A stretch of 63,790 nucleotides of DNA, counting the filler, from Octopus bimaculoides (Eukaryota): the NCBI RefSeq assembly GCF_001194135.2. It is 6 parts of 6 records of this genome, joined end to end, with 100 filler letters (N's around TTAATTAATTAA, not from the genome) between each part and the next. Parts side by side here need not be neighbours in the genome. Positions count along the whole stretch, not along the records: positions 31,096 to 41,887 come from NC_068981.1; positions 41,988 to 46,809 come from NC_069007.1; positions 46,910 to 60,877 come from NC_068985.1; 3 more parts are not named here. One strand, 5' to 3'. Below, piece after piece: positions 35,971-47,939 of this stretch; the first letter of the stretch is position 1, and every line of letters begins with the position of its first letter. Both the position numbers and the translations under genes were made by a program. The notes under the pieces were generated by a model, which had not been told where the DNA came from, ran no database searches, and saw nothing but the letters and a program-made list of their open reading frames with translations.

Positions 35971-36597
35971 AAAAGCAAATTTAAAATGAAAAAAGCAAAT
36001 AAAACGAAGGTATGGAGATTAAATACGCTTTACATNNNNNNNNNNNNNNNNNNNNNNNNNNNNNNNNNNNNNNNNNNNNNNNNNNNNNNNNNNNNNNNNN
36101 NNNNNNNNNNNNNNNNNNNNNNNNNNNNNNNNNNNNNNNNNNNNNNNNNNNNNNNNNNNNNNNNNNNNNNNNNNNNNNNNNNNNNNNNNNNNNNNNNNNN
36201 NNNNNNNNNNNNNNNNNNNNNNNNNNNNNNNNNNNNNNNNNNNNNNNNNNNNNNNNNNNNNNNNNNNNNNNNNNNNNNNNNNNNNNNNNNNNNNNNNNNN
36301 NNNNNNNNNNNNNNNNNNNNNNNNNNNNNNNNNNNNNNNNNNNNNNNNNNNNNNNNNNNNNNNNNNNNNNNNNNNNNNNNNNNNNNNNNNNNNNNNNNNN
36401 NNNNNNNNNNNNNNNNNNNNNNNNNNNNNNNNNNNNNNNNNNNNNNNNNNNNNNNNNNNNNNNNNNNNNNNNNNNNNNNNNNNNNNNNNNNNNNNNNNNN
36501 NNNNNNNNNNNNNNNNNNNNNNNNNAGAGAGAGAGAGAGAGAGAGAGATAGACAGGCAGACAGACAGAAAGACAGAAAAATAGACAGATAGACAAAC

Positions 36598-36652
<55 letters not shown>

Positions 36653-36794
36653 TAGATAAATAGATAGATAGATAGACATATGTATACATAGGTGAGTGCA
36701 TGTGTGTGTGTGTGAGTCTGCGTATTGAATGTGTGTATATATGAGCCTATGTTTGTATGTGTATATGTCTATGTGTACTTATATGTATGTAGGT

Positions 36795-36876
<82 letters not shown>

Positions 36877-37170
36877 CACGCACACATGCATAAACATATG
36901 TGTTTATGTGCGTGTATGAGAGAGAAAGAAAGAGAGAGAGAACGCGCGCGCGCGTGTAAGAGAGTATTAACTCGGACGACCCACAAAGGCTATGTGTGGT
37001 GCCTCCTTCTCAGGATTTAGCTATAAAAATATAAGCGTAAGAATATGGAAAATAGAAATTGCGATTCTGAACATAGAAATTTTGAGTGAGTTCTGTGTAT
37101 GTATCAAATTGGTTTAACAGAAGCGGAACTCTATTTTGAAACAGAACACAATTATGTATGTATGTATGTA

Positions 37171-37227
<57 letters not shown>

Positions 37228-37496
37228 ATGCATGCTCTTTTCTATTTTTAATTATTTGAAGTCTTCCTGTAAGAAAGAATCTGGTTTCTAACAAAGATAG
37301 AAACCGCAATCGTTGGAATGTAGATAAAAAAAAACACATTGTCGCATTTCGAACTTGAGAAAATTCGTGTATATTTTTATTGTTCCGCTTACAGATTGTA
37401 TTTGTAATGGGCATATTATGTGGTTGATTTCTGTTCATGAAAACCCCACCTTTTCCGGATTATCCCTTAGGCATTTACTAACAAAACCAATTAATT

Positions 37497-37665
37497 GGCA
37501 CTCCGACGAGAATTCCCGTTGATCCGATCAACGGAACAGCCTGCTCATGAAATTAACGTGCAATTTGCTGAGCAAACTACAGACACGCCTACCCTTAACG
37601 TGGTTATCGGGGAGATTCAGCGTGACACAGAAGGTGACAAGACTGGCCTTTTGAAACACAGATAG
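37497..37665 (-). mobile_element. SINE family C, 3' part
   Basis: GTTGATCCGATCAACGGAACAGCCTGCTCATGAAATTAACGTGC...CAGCGTGACACAG matches 42355-42667. Confidence 0.85.
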
Positions 37666-38015
37666 AGAAACTAAAAGACATGAAATGTCCGTTTATGTGT
37701 GTATGTGTGTGTATTTTTGGCGGGATTTTTGCATTTAGCAGGAGTTGGTTTGTGTTTTATCTGTCGATCAATGGCCGGACAAGTGAAAAGGGAAGGCGAT
37801 ATTTTGAAGTGGGCATCGAATGAAGATACATGGAGAATTTTATGACTGAACTTCTTTTGAAGTTGTGGTGAGAGAGGAGAATTGATGTGTGTGCATATGT
37901 CTGTGTGTGTGTGAGTGTGTATGTTTGATGGGGTATGCGCGACAGAGAGAGTAATGTTGATGATGTATGTGTATATGAGAGAGAGAGAGAGAGAAAGAAA
38001 GAAAGAAAGAGAGAG

Positions 38016-38050
<35 letters not shown>

Positions 38051-38239
38051 TATATAAATGAAATTTATCATTCAGTTTATTTATTATATAAGTATATATG
38101 TATGAATGGCTTCAGTGACACACACTCACATACACGCACGCACGCAGGTTGTTTTAATCGATTTTCTCTGTAAGTATGGGGGCTAAGAAAAAATAGAAAG
38201 CGTGTTTCAATCTATGCACCCGTCTCCACATGTGTGCCA

Positions 38240-38332
38240 TTTTTCACGCGAATCCACCCAGCCGTTTGGCCGTGAACCTCAAAACAAGAAAGAATACAAC
38301 GGTCGGCCAACTTCAATTTATATTATAGATGA
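38240..38332. mobile_element. Possible Helitron/Helentron-like non-autonomous terminus
   Basis: GAATCCACCCAGCCGTTTGGCCGTG...TTTATATTATAGAT resembles the ends of such elements (recalled pattern only). Confidence 0.3.
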
Positions 38333-38353
38333 AAAATACAAAATGGGACAAGA

Positions 38354-38727
38354 ACGCAAAACATCCAGACAGTTAGGTGATACAAAAAAGGGAGTTTTCT
38401 TTCTTCAGTCGAGTTCCAGATTATCTTTGCAATTTCGACTGGTTATACTCGAGATTACTCCAATCTGGCCAGCCCCAGTCCTTATTTTTGTATACATTCG
38501 CTGCTTTCTTCCAAGGAATCTAATGCTTGGAATTAGCTTAGTTTTTCCTTGGGGCTGGCCAGATTGGAACAATCTCGAGTATAACCAGCCGAAATTGCAA
38601 AGATAATCTGGAACTCGACTGATGAAAGAAAACTCCGAATGACCCGTCCTTGTTTTCTTTGTATCATCTATCTGGATGTTTTGTTGTCCTTTTTTTTGTA
38701 TCTCCTAACTGTCTGGATGTTTTGCGT
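38354..38727. repeat. Long imperfect palindrome, Penelope-like inverted pLTR
   Basis: 38390-38477 pairs with 38550-38637; the outer 38354-38389 pairs with about 38692-38727; 72-bp spacer. Confidence 0.85.
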
Positions 38728-38914
38728 AAATCGGACCACGGGTTACCGAGATACGCGGTTTTCGGGTACCTTTATAAATAGCCAAACTGGCGTATAATGG
38801 GGAAAATGCTTTGAAAGTAAGGTACCATTGAAATGGGAATACACACCTAATAACAGAAGTTTTGCGTAAATCGGACTACGGATTCCCAAGATACGCGGTT
38901 TTTTCGGATACCTT
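38719..38914. repeat. Pair of about 55-bp direct repeats 140 bp apart
   Basis: GTTTTGCGTAAATCGGAC.ACGG.TT.CC.AGATACGCGGTTTT.CGG.TACCTT at 38719 and 38859. Confidence 0.9.
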
Positions 38915-39499
38915 GTACTATTGGTGACCCAACGGGTCACAGGTAGTCTAGTATATATATACAAATTTGATAAGTGCCAAAGCACAAAACACTCAGCACT
39001 TGAGTCATTTTGTTACTTCTGATGTATATACATATCTATATAATTCTTCCCATAAAGTGGGGGAGACTTTTTGAGCAGTCTTTTGTCATCAAGAAACACA
39101 ACATCACATTCTCAACATTTTAAGAAAAGAAGTGTCGTATATTTTTTACTGTTCAAATACTTTGGCGTTTTTTAAAACTTTTCTTCGCTTGAAAACTCCA
39201 ACTTTTCATGATTATTGCTTAAACATTTGGTAAAATAACCAATTGTGCCAATGATTAGAGAAACAAGTGTGCGTATATATATTTTTTAGAGCAGTTATAA
39301 AAGTACTCTTTCTCAGCGGTTTTCATTGCTTTAACCGAATTTGTAAGAAAATCGCTTTACAACCATGAAGTTTCAGGTTCGATTTCAGTGCGCAGCGTTT
39401 TGAGCAAATGTCATTTTTTTATACCTTAAGATCGATTTATATCGTGTGAATGGATTTGAGGAGATTGAATTGTCCCACAGTTCGTCGGATTTTTTTTTT

Positions 39500-39672
39500 T
39501 TTTGTACCTGTAATTCAAAGGTGCACCTTATATACCGTGTCACATTGATTCTGCCTGAGCGTTACGTTAAGTGTACACCTGTCTGTGGAATACTCGGTCG
39601 TTTGTACGTGAATTCAATGAGAAGTTTATTTGATCGAACAACGGAATCTGCAGAGTCGAAACCGACCGAGAT
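39500..39672 (+). mobile_element. SINE family C, old copy
   Basis: TGTACCTGTAATTCAAAGG...TACGTTAAGTGTACACCTGTCTGTGGA...TTGATCGAACAACGGAA. Confidence 0.65.
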
Positions 39673-39774
39673 GCATTCGGCCCTCCTCTCTCCCGCTCTC
39701 CATCCCCTCCTTCCCTCCGTCCATCCGTCTAAGTGTGTACGCATGCATGTATGTGTACGTAACTATATGTATGA

Positions 39775-39811
<37 letters not shown>

Positions 39812-39899
39812 GATATCTGAATATATGAATAAATGTATTTATGTACGTATGTAGACGTGCATTTGTGTATGCATGTATGTCTCCCTGTTCCCTCTCCCC

Positions 39900-39941
<42 letters not shown>

Positions 39942-40586
39942 NNNNNNNNNNNNNNNNNNNNNNNNNNNNNNNNNNNNNNNNNNNNNNNNNNNNNNNNNNN
40001 NNNNNNNNNNNNNNNNNNNNNNNNNNNNNNNNNNNNNNNNNGTCTGTCTGTTTGCCTGTCTGTCTGTCTGTTTGCCTGTCTGTCTGTCTATTTGTCTGTC
40101 TATCTGTTTGTCTGTCTGCTGGTCTGTTTGAATGTCTGTTTATCTGTGTGCCTGTCGGTTTGTCTATCTATCCATCTATGTGTGTGGCTGATGTTAAAAA
40201 TAAATAGATAAACGAATAAACAGAAAAAAAATTACACAAGCAAAAGGAAATAACGCAAGTGCAAAAATTCGTCGGTGGTTATCTGGTTTATTATTAGTAT
40301 CAAGTATTCTTCTTCTCGGGTGGGGATTGGTAGTTTGATATGCTTGACCGGCAGTATCAGCTCATCTTAATAGACTTTTGGCTCGATACACTAACCAAAG
40401 AGTTTGAATGGTGAAATAGTTATTATCTATTTATTTATTTGTCTGTTCATCCACCTAGTCGTTAGGTTTCGATGTATACGTCTGCATGTTTGTTCGCGCT
40501 TGTGTGTTTTTCTTCATCTATGTATACGTATGTACGTAAACATTCACTGGTTTACATTCACATACTTGAATATATAAAAGAATATA

Positions 40587-41527
40587 GAGGGTGTTCGGGC
40601 TAAATTTGACAGTTTGCATGAGAGGAAAAGAAAACTCAATATCCCATCCAAAATAAAAAAAGTATTTTCAAAGAATCAAAAAATATCGACTAGATTATGG
40701 CTGGGGCATAACAGCTTACTTAAAGTAGCCGCTCTCAGCTTCCACCACTGCCTAATGATGGCTCCAGTACTTGGCGCATGCGTTCCTCGCTGTATCCCTG
40801 GGAAAAAAATCCTCGAACACCTCCTTGATCCTGGCCACTAACTCGGGTTTGGTGTTGAAGGCAGAACGGTTGGTGTCTTTCTGAACCGCGCCCCACGCAT
40901 AGTAATCTATGGGATTAGGAGCCCAGAAATTGGGGTTGGTGAAGTTGATGAAATTCTCCGACAACCACCTCTGATTCTTTGCGGATACACGGCAAGGAGC
41001 CGAATCTTGCTGCCACATATAAGGATACATGGCCTTTCAGCCGCAATCCTCTCTAGCCAGGGTTTAACCACAGTCTCCAGCAGCTTCACAAATCCATCTG
41101 AATTGAGTCTAAGGACCTGTTCAAAGATGTGGTGATGAATTCCGGCGAGCAGATGTAGTTAGAATGCCTGCTGTGTCCCTTCCCGCTGGCCACGGACTCG
41201 TAGTCTCCGTTGCAGCTGCCCATGTCATGTCTTGCAATCTTTTTCAATGTTCACAGCGCATTGAGCAACAGTCCTGATGTCGCCATTTTGATACCCGACG
41301 TGAATCATCATGATAGAGGTAAATCTTTTCTAATATTCAGAGAGCTTCGAGTTCTCCATATCAGTTATTTTTTTCTTGTGTACAACTTTAAACTTTATGC
41401 TCTCCAACGCCGTTGACTATTCACCAGTAAATTAAGTTGTCTCTCAAAAAAAAAAAGAAAAAAAGAAAGATAAATAAAGCAAAATAGAAAAGACAAAATT
41501 AGCGTCAAATTTAGCCCTAACACCCCG
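40587..41527 (-). mobile_element. Internally deleted maT (DD37D-like) Tc1/mariner element
   Basis: Inverted ends GGGTGTTCGGGCTAAATTTGAC / GTCAAATTTAGCCCTAACACCCC. Broken transposase: KLLETVVKPWLERIAAERP-YMWQQDSAP...WLSENF...FWAPNPIDYYAWGAV...RNACA. Confidence 0.88.
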
Positions 41528-41887
41528 TTTGTATATCAAAACAGATGCATCTGTCTATCTGTAATGACGACCTCACATTTTCCACATCGTTAACATTGTA
41601 TCATGAGGTCTGACTTTTCTTTTTTAAGTAGAAAAATTTCACCAAGAACAACTTATCTTTTCACAAAGTACTTACACACGTCCTACGCCAAAGATGCTCC
41701 CAGATATTAGATACAGTGCAGTTGCTACCGTATATAGTTTAGTTTATACATTATCACCCACACTTTCGAAAGACAAGTGTGGACTATGTATGTACGTACG
41801 TACGTACGTATGTATGTATGTATGTATGTATGTATGTATGTATGTGTGTGTATGTATGTATAAATCTATGTATGTATGCATGTATGT

Positions 41888-41987
41888 NNNNNNNNNNNNN
41901 NNNNNNNNNNNNNNNNNNNNNNNNNNNNNNNTTAATTAATTAANNNNNNNNNNNNNNNNNNNNNNNNNNNNNNNNNNNNNNNNNNNN
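41888..41987. other. Artificial scaffold linker
   Basis: 44 N + TTAATTAATTAA + 44 N. Confidence 0.95.
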
Positions 41988-42030
<43 letters not shown>

Positions 42031-42337
42031 CGACTCCGTCAGTCACGAATGACCATGGGTGCACCTAAGAGGTTTCCCTCCGGGGTACAAGTCTGGGTGA
42101 AAAGTCGCCTCACCGGCGAACGCACAACCTTGGTTTGTTTTTGCGGAAGACCAACAGCCGCCCATGTATACCGGCCTTCCTTCTCCACACTTCCATTGTT
42201 GCCCAAGGGAAAGGCAAAGGCCGATACAGCAACTCATTTCTGCAGCTGAGTGAACTGGAGCAACGTGGAATAAAGTGCCTTGCTCAAGAACACAACCTCA
42301 CGATCGTAAGCTCGATCGTGAGCCATGCGCCTTCACA
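42031..42337 (-). mobile_element. SINE with family-C head and CORE but a different body
   Basis: GTGAAGGCGCATGGCTC...GTGTTCTTGAGCAAGGCACTTTATTCCACGTTGCTCCAG, then an unrelated GGAGAAGGAAGGCCGGTATACATGGGCG body, ending GACGGAGT. Confidence 0.75.
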
Positions 42338-42354
42338 TATATAAATATATAGGA

Positions 42355-42667
42355 GCACTCCGTCGGTTACAACGACCGGAGTCCCAGCTGAGGCGATCAA
42401 CAGAACAGCTTGCTCGTGGGATTAACGTGCAATTGGCTGAGAGCTCCACAGACACATGTACCCTTAACGTAGTTCTCAGGGAGATTCAGCGTGACACAGA
42501 ATGTGACAAGGTTGGCCCTTTGAATTACAGGTACAACTCATTTTTGCCAGCTGAGTGGACTGGAGCAACGTGAAATAAAGTGTCTTGCTCAAGGACACAG
42601 CATACTACTGGGAATTGAACTCATGATCGTGAGCCGAACGCCCTAACCACTAAGCTACGCGCCTTCA
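42355..42667 (-). mobile_element. SINE family C, full length (tRNA head, CORE-like block, long central domain)
   Basis: GTGAAGGCGCGTAGCTTAGTGG (A box)...GAGTTCAATTCCC (B box)...GTGTCCTTGAGCAAGACACTT...GTCTGTGGAGCTCTCAGCCAATTGCACGTTAA...GACGGAGTGC. Confidence 0.9.
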
Positions 42668-42977
42668 CACACACACACATGGCACAATACAATATCTACA
42701 AGTTGATGAATACCACCTATTCCCCTCCATTTTCTTATTGCTATGTATATATATATGTGTATANNNNNNNNNNNNNNNNNNNNNNNNNNNNNNNNNNNNN
42801 NNNNNNNNNNNNNNNNNNNNNNNNNNNNNNNNNNNNNNNNNNNNNNNNNNNNNNNNNNNNNNNNNNNNNNNNNNNNNNNNNNNNNNNNNNNNNNNNTATA
42901 CATACATATACACACACACGCACGCACACACACATATATACACACACATACATACACACAGATATATATACACACAT

Positions 42978-43019
<42 letters not shown>

Positions 43020-43259
43020 AGCTCGTACTTGCTATGTCAGTGCTTGCTAGATTGTGGCTCTTACTGAAATGTTACTTGTTGAATTTTGATTTGCTGAGTA
43101 AGGATGTATAAACAGTTGCATGGGACGGGCTTCGTTTGATAAACATCGGAGAAGCAAAGGAGAAGAGAAGGCACGTATGCTTGCGTAACTAGAAAAAGGT
43201 CTTACTTAAACCTGAGCTTACAGGTATAGAGGTAAGACTAACGTTGTCCGATGAAGGCT

Positions 43260-43757
43260 CCTACATATAAGTGTATGTACGTACGCCTGTGTGAGTGTGT
43301 ATGTGTGTGTGTCTGAGTGTGTATATGTGTGTGTGAGTGAATGTGTATGTACGCTAATGTATGTGTGTGTGAGTGAGTGTATATGTGTATATAGGCTCTT
43401 ACGTATAAATGTATGTGCGTACGCCTGCGTGAGTGTGTGTGTGTGTGTGTATCTGAGTGTGTATATGCGTGTGTGAGTGAATGAGTGTATATGTACGCTA
43501 GTGTATGTGTGAGTGTGTGTGCGTGGATAAGTGTGTGTGAATGAATGTGTATGTATGCGTGGCTATGTGAGAGTGTGTGTATGTGTGTGTGAGTGAATGT
43601 GTGTGAGTGAGTGAGTGAGTGAATGTGTGTGAGTGAGTGTGTGTGTGTGTGCGTGGCTATGCATGAGTGTGCGTATTTGTGCGTGCGTGTGTATATATTG
43701 GTGAGTGAGCATGTGTGCGAGTGCATGTGTGAGAGTGTGTGAATGTGTGAGTGTGAT
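43260..43757. repeat. Degenerate (GT/GA)n compound repeat
   Basis: Direct reading; recurring GTACGC interruptions. Confidence 0.9.
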
Positions 43758-44511
43758 TATGATAATAATGACCATCATACCTATCCACCTCCTGGACGCC
43801 GAGTACGTCTCTGCACTCCACAGATGCACCCCTTTAATAAAAACTTGACATGCGCACTCCGTACATTTTGTCTCTTGGCTGCCATGATTCTGTTCAGTTC
43901 TTCCGATTAAACATGGTCGCACACACTCCGTCAAAAATACCGGCTACCAACAAGCCAAAGGAGCTTTATGTATTCGTTGTATCCGTTAGAAATATCAACC
44001 AAATTCTCATGAAATTAAACTCTGTGTCTTAAAAACAGGAAGGTTGCATTGAATGAGGTAGTTTTAAATACATTGTAGACAACACTTACGGAGTTGGGAT
44101 TGAACCCGAAACCTTCTGGTTGTGTAGCCAACATGTTAGCGACATAGCCATATCTGTACCTATGTTGACATATATGACTGTCACCAAAATGAAGTACAGG
44201 TAACTTGTCATTGGAAGTCTATGATCTCCAGGTAACATGAGTCATGTTATTTCTAACGTATGTCACTCTAACTCATTGATTTACAGGTAATATCAATGAT
44301 ATACAGGTAACGTGATATAGAGGTAACATGATTGATTAACAGGTAACATGATTCATTTCCAGAAATGTGCGTGGGTGTGGGTGTGTGCGTGGGTGTCACA
44401 GCCGCATGGCTGACAGGAATAAAAGAACAAAAGAATATATATATATATATATAATATATATATATATGTTAATTCTCTAAATGAAGTATTAACAGTAATT
44501 GCACGATAAAG

Positions 44512-44581
44512 TGTAGTATATTGCCACTTAAGTGTGGCTGACCCCTAGGGGTCAGCCACACTTAAGTGGCAATATACTACA
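44512..44581. repeat. Perfect 70-bp palindrome at a gap edge
   Basis: TGTAGTATATTGCCACTTAAGTGTGGCTGACCCCT|AGGGGTCAGCCACACTTAAGTGGCAATATACTACA. Confidence 0.95.
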
Positions 44582-45425
44582 ATNNNNNNNNNNNNNNNNN
44601 NNNNNNNNNNNNNNNNNNNNNNNNNNNNNNNNNNNNNNNNNNNNNNNNNNNNNNNNNNNNNNNNNNNNNNNNNNNNNNNNNNNNNNNNNNNNNNNNNNNN
44701 NNNNNNNNNNNNNNNNNNNNNNNNNNNNNNNNNNNNNNNNNNNNNNNNNNNNNNNNNNNNNNNNNNNNNNNNNNNNNNNNNNNNNNNNNNNNNNNNNNNN
44801 NNNNNNNNNNNNNNNNNNNNNNNNNNNNNNNNNNNNNNNNNNNNNNNNNNNNNNNNNNNNNNNNNNNNNNNNNNNNNNNNNNNNNNNNNNNNNNNNNNNN
44901 NNNNNNNNNNNNNNNNNNNNNNNNNNNNNNNNNNNNNNNNNNNNNNNNNNNNNNNNNNNNNNNNNNNNNNNNNNNNNNNNNNNNNNNNNNNNNNNNNNNN
45001 NNNNNNNNNNNNNNNNNNNNNNNNNNNNNNNNNNNNNNNNNNNNNNNNNNNNNNNNNNNNNNNNNNNNNNNNNNNNNNNNNNNNNNNNNNNNNNNNNNNN
45101 NNNNNNNNNNNNNNNNNNNNNNNNNNNNNNNNNNNNNNNNNNNNNNNNNNNNNNNNNNNNNNNNNNNNNNNNNNNNNNNNNNNNNNNNNNNNNNNNNNNN
45201 NNNNNNNNNNNNNNNNNNNNNNNNNNNNNNNNNNNNNNNNNNNNNNNNNNNNNNNNNNNNNNNNNNNNNNNNNNNNNNNNNNNNNNNNNNNNNNNNNNNN
45301 NNNNNNNNNNNNNNNNNNNNNNNNNNNNNNNNNNNNNNNNNNNNNNNNNNNNNNNNNNNNNNNNNNNNNNNNNNNNNNNNNNNNNNNNNNNNNNNNNNNN
45401 NNNNNNNNNNNNNNNNNNNNNNNNN

Positions 45426-45466
<41 letters not shown>

Positions 45467-46354
45467 CAGACAGACAGGCGGACAGACAGGCGGACAGACA
45501 GGCGGACAGACAGGCGGACAGACAGGCGGACAGACAGACATATTTGTATCTCTAATGTCTAAGCAAAATATTAATATATTTATATATATCATGGACTATC
45601 TATATCGATATAGATAGACAGACATACACACAGAGATACAAACGGGCTTCCACACAGTTTCCGTCAATTAAATTCACTCACAAGTCTTTTGGAGGCCCAG
45701 AACTGTGGTAGAAGTCATTTGCCAAGGTATCATATGATGGAACTCCTACAATCAGCATAATCAATCCACAGGTAACATGTCACTCTAACCCAATCTTCTC
45801 CAGGTAAACATGTCCCTATGTTCCGAAGACACTCAGGTATTCTCGCTCTAGTAATCCCCATTAGTCCAGTATCTAATCTATCTCATCTAATCTAATCTAA
45901 TTTAGATTCACCACAAGAGTCCCGTGAGGTGAATGGGGCGATTGTGAGTGGTGCGATCAAGCAATGACAAATCTGTCAGAATTGAGCGGTTGGGAGCACA
46001 AGAACACAGAACCTGCACGAGGGTGCGGAAAAGTTTATTCCAAGGCCCTGCCTTTGCCGCCATTGTCTTTATTGTTTGTTGTTGTTGTTGTTATTGCTGA
46101 TGTTTCGTTAGTTTGTCAACACATATCTGTGTTTATTTGCAGGTCGTAATAACACAAAGGAAAGTCAATACTCCCAAATGTACGAAGGTAAAAGCAAATA
46201 CGATTCACTGTCTTTTTTCAATATGCTTTATTTCCAGAATGTATCTAATATATCGTGTAACCGCATTTATCCGCGTGGAAGCAAACACAGCAACATCTCT
46301 CTGTTTCTCTCTATCTACCCCCCTCTCTCTCTCTCTACCCTCTCTCTCTCTATC

Positions 46355-46410
<56 letters not shown>

Positions 46411-46536
46411 GCGTATGTGTAAGCGCTTAAATCACGTATTCTTATCCTTATATAATAAATACGGATGCACGATATATATGTACATAATAAGTACATACAC
46501 ACACACACATACATACATACACACATACATACATAT

Positions 46537-46588
<52 letters not shown>

Positions 46589-46809
46589 CTGCGTGTGTGT
46601 ATGTGTCTGTCTATGTTTATATATGTATATGTGTGCGTGTGTGTGTGTGTGTGTGTGTATACATACATTTATATATATTTATATATATATGTGTGTATGT
46701 AAATATATGTGTGTGTATAAATATATATATGTGTATGTGTGCGTACATATACAGAAATATATATTTTATATACATATAAATATATATATACATGTATATA
46801 TATATATAT

Positions 46810-46909
46810 NNNNNNNNNNNNNNNNNNNNNNNNNNNNNNNNNNNNNNNNNNNNTTAATTAATTAANNNNNNNNNNNNNNNNNNNNNNNNNNNNNNNNNNN
46901 NNNNNNNNN
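46810..46909. other. Artificial scaffold linker
   Basis: 44 N + TTAATTAATTAA + 44 N. Confidence 0.95.
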
Positions 46910-46950
<41 letters not shown>

Positions 46951-47033
46951 TATATGTATATATATCACGAAAATCCATAAAGTAAGATTATGCAACAATA
47001 AGTTACATTAATCACCTTGGTTGTTTGATTTTA

Positions 47034-47144
47034 TTACAAAACCGAGAGTTTGTTAGCAATAAAACATGTTTCTAAGGCTATATACAGTGCTCTATAGATC
47101 GTAATTACATCAGAGTCACCATATACCCAGTCAAAAGAAAAACA
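47034..47144 (-). CDS. Possible terminal exon of an unidentified gene
   Basis: Acceptor TTTTGTTTTACAATTTGCAG, then CFSFDWVYGDSDVITIYRALYIALETCFIANKLSVL*, with AATAAA overlapping the stop. No recognised homology and no partner exon. Confidence 0.2.
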   Translation of the reverse strand, partial: CFSFDWVYGDSDVITIYRALYIALETCFIANKLSVL

Positions 47145-47939
47145 CTGCAAATTGTAAAACAAAATATGAGAAACTAATAAGATTAAATAAACAGGGCATG
47201 CAAATTTATATAACATTACCTATATACATATACGTATATGTATATGTGTATGTGTGTAACTATATATATNNNNNNNNNNNNNNNNNNNNNNNNNNNNNNN
47301 NNNNNNNNNNNNNNNNNNNNNNNNNNNNNNNNNNNNNNNNNNNNNNNNNNNNNNNNNNNNNNNNNNNNNNNNNNNNNNNNNNNNNNNNNNNNNNNNNNNN
47401 NNNNNNNNNNNNNNNNNNNNNNNNNNNNNNNNNNNNNNNNNNNNNNNNNNNNNNNNNNNNNNNNNNNNNNNNNNNNNNNNNNNNNNNNNNNNNNNNNNNN
47501 NNNNNNNNNNNNNNNNNNNNNNNNNNNNNNNNNNNNNNNNNNNNNNNNNNNNNNNNNNNNNNNNNNNNNCACAGACGTGTGAGTGTGTGTGTGTGTGTGT
47601 GCGTGCATTACATAATAGAAACTACGAGACAAGTATGGTATGTTCTATATTTAACGAAAGACATTCTAATATTCCTGTCAGGGAAGCGACTTCAATGCCA
47701 AAAGTTGAAGAATATTGGGTTGTATGGTTAATCTAATATTCAATATTTGCCTCTGATAAAGGGAAGATATTTTACTGTTTGGTTTGTTACATAAAATATT
47801 GTCGATTTTAAGAGATATTTTCAGAAATAATGCAAATAATTTGAAGATATCAGAAAGTATGCTTTATTTATTATCTAAACTGTTATATGCATCCAGAAAT
47901 ATTCAGGTTTGTGTCTTGAGAATCTTAAGGCTCAAAACA

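Noticed and set aside
47110-47135. YGDSDV as a family-B DNA polymerase YGDTDS motif (viral or Polinton remnant)
   Set aside because: It is an isolated partial match, with a stop 24 codons later and no other polymerase motifs nearby.
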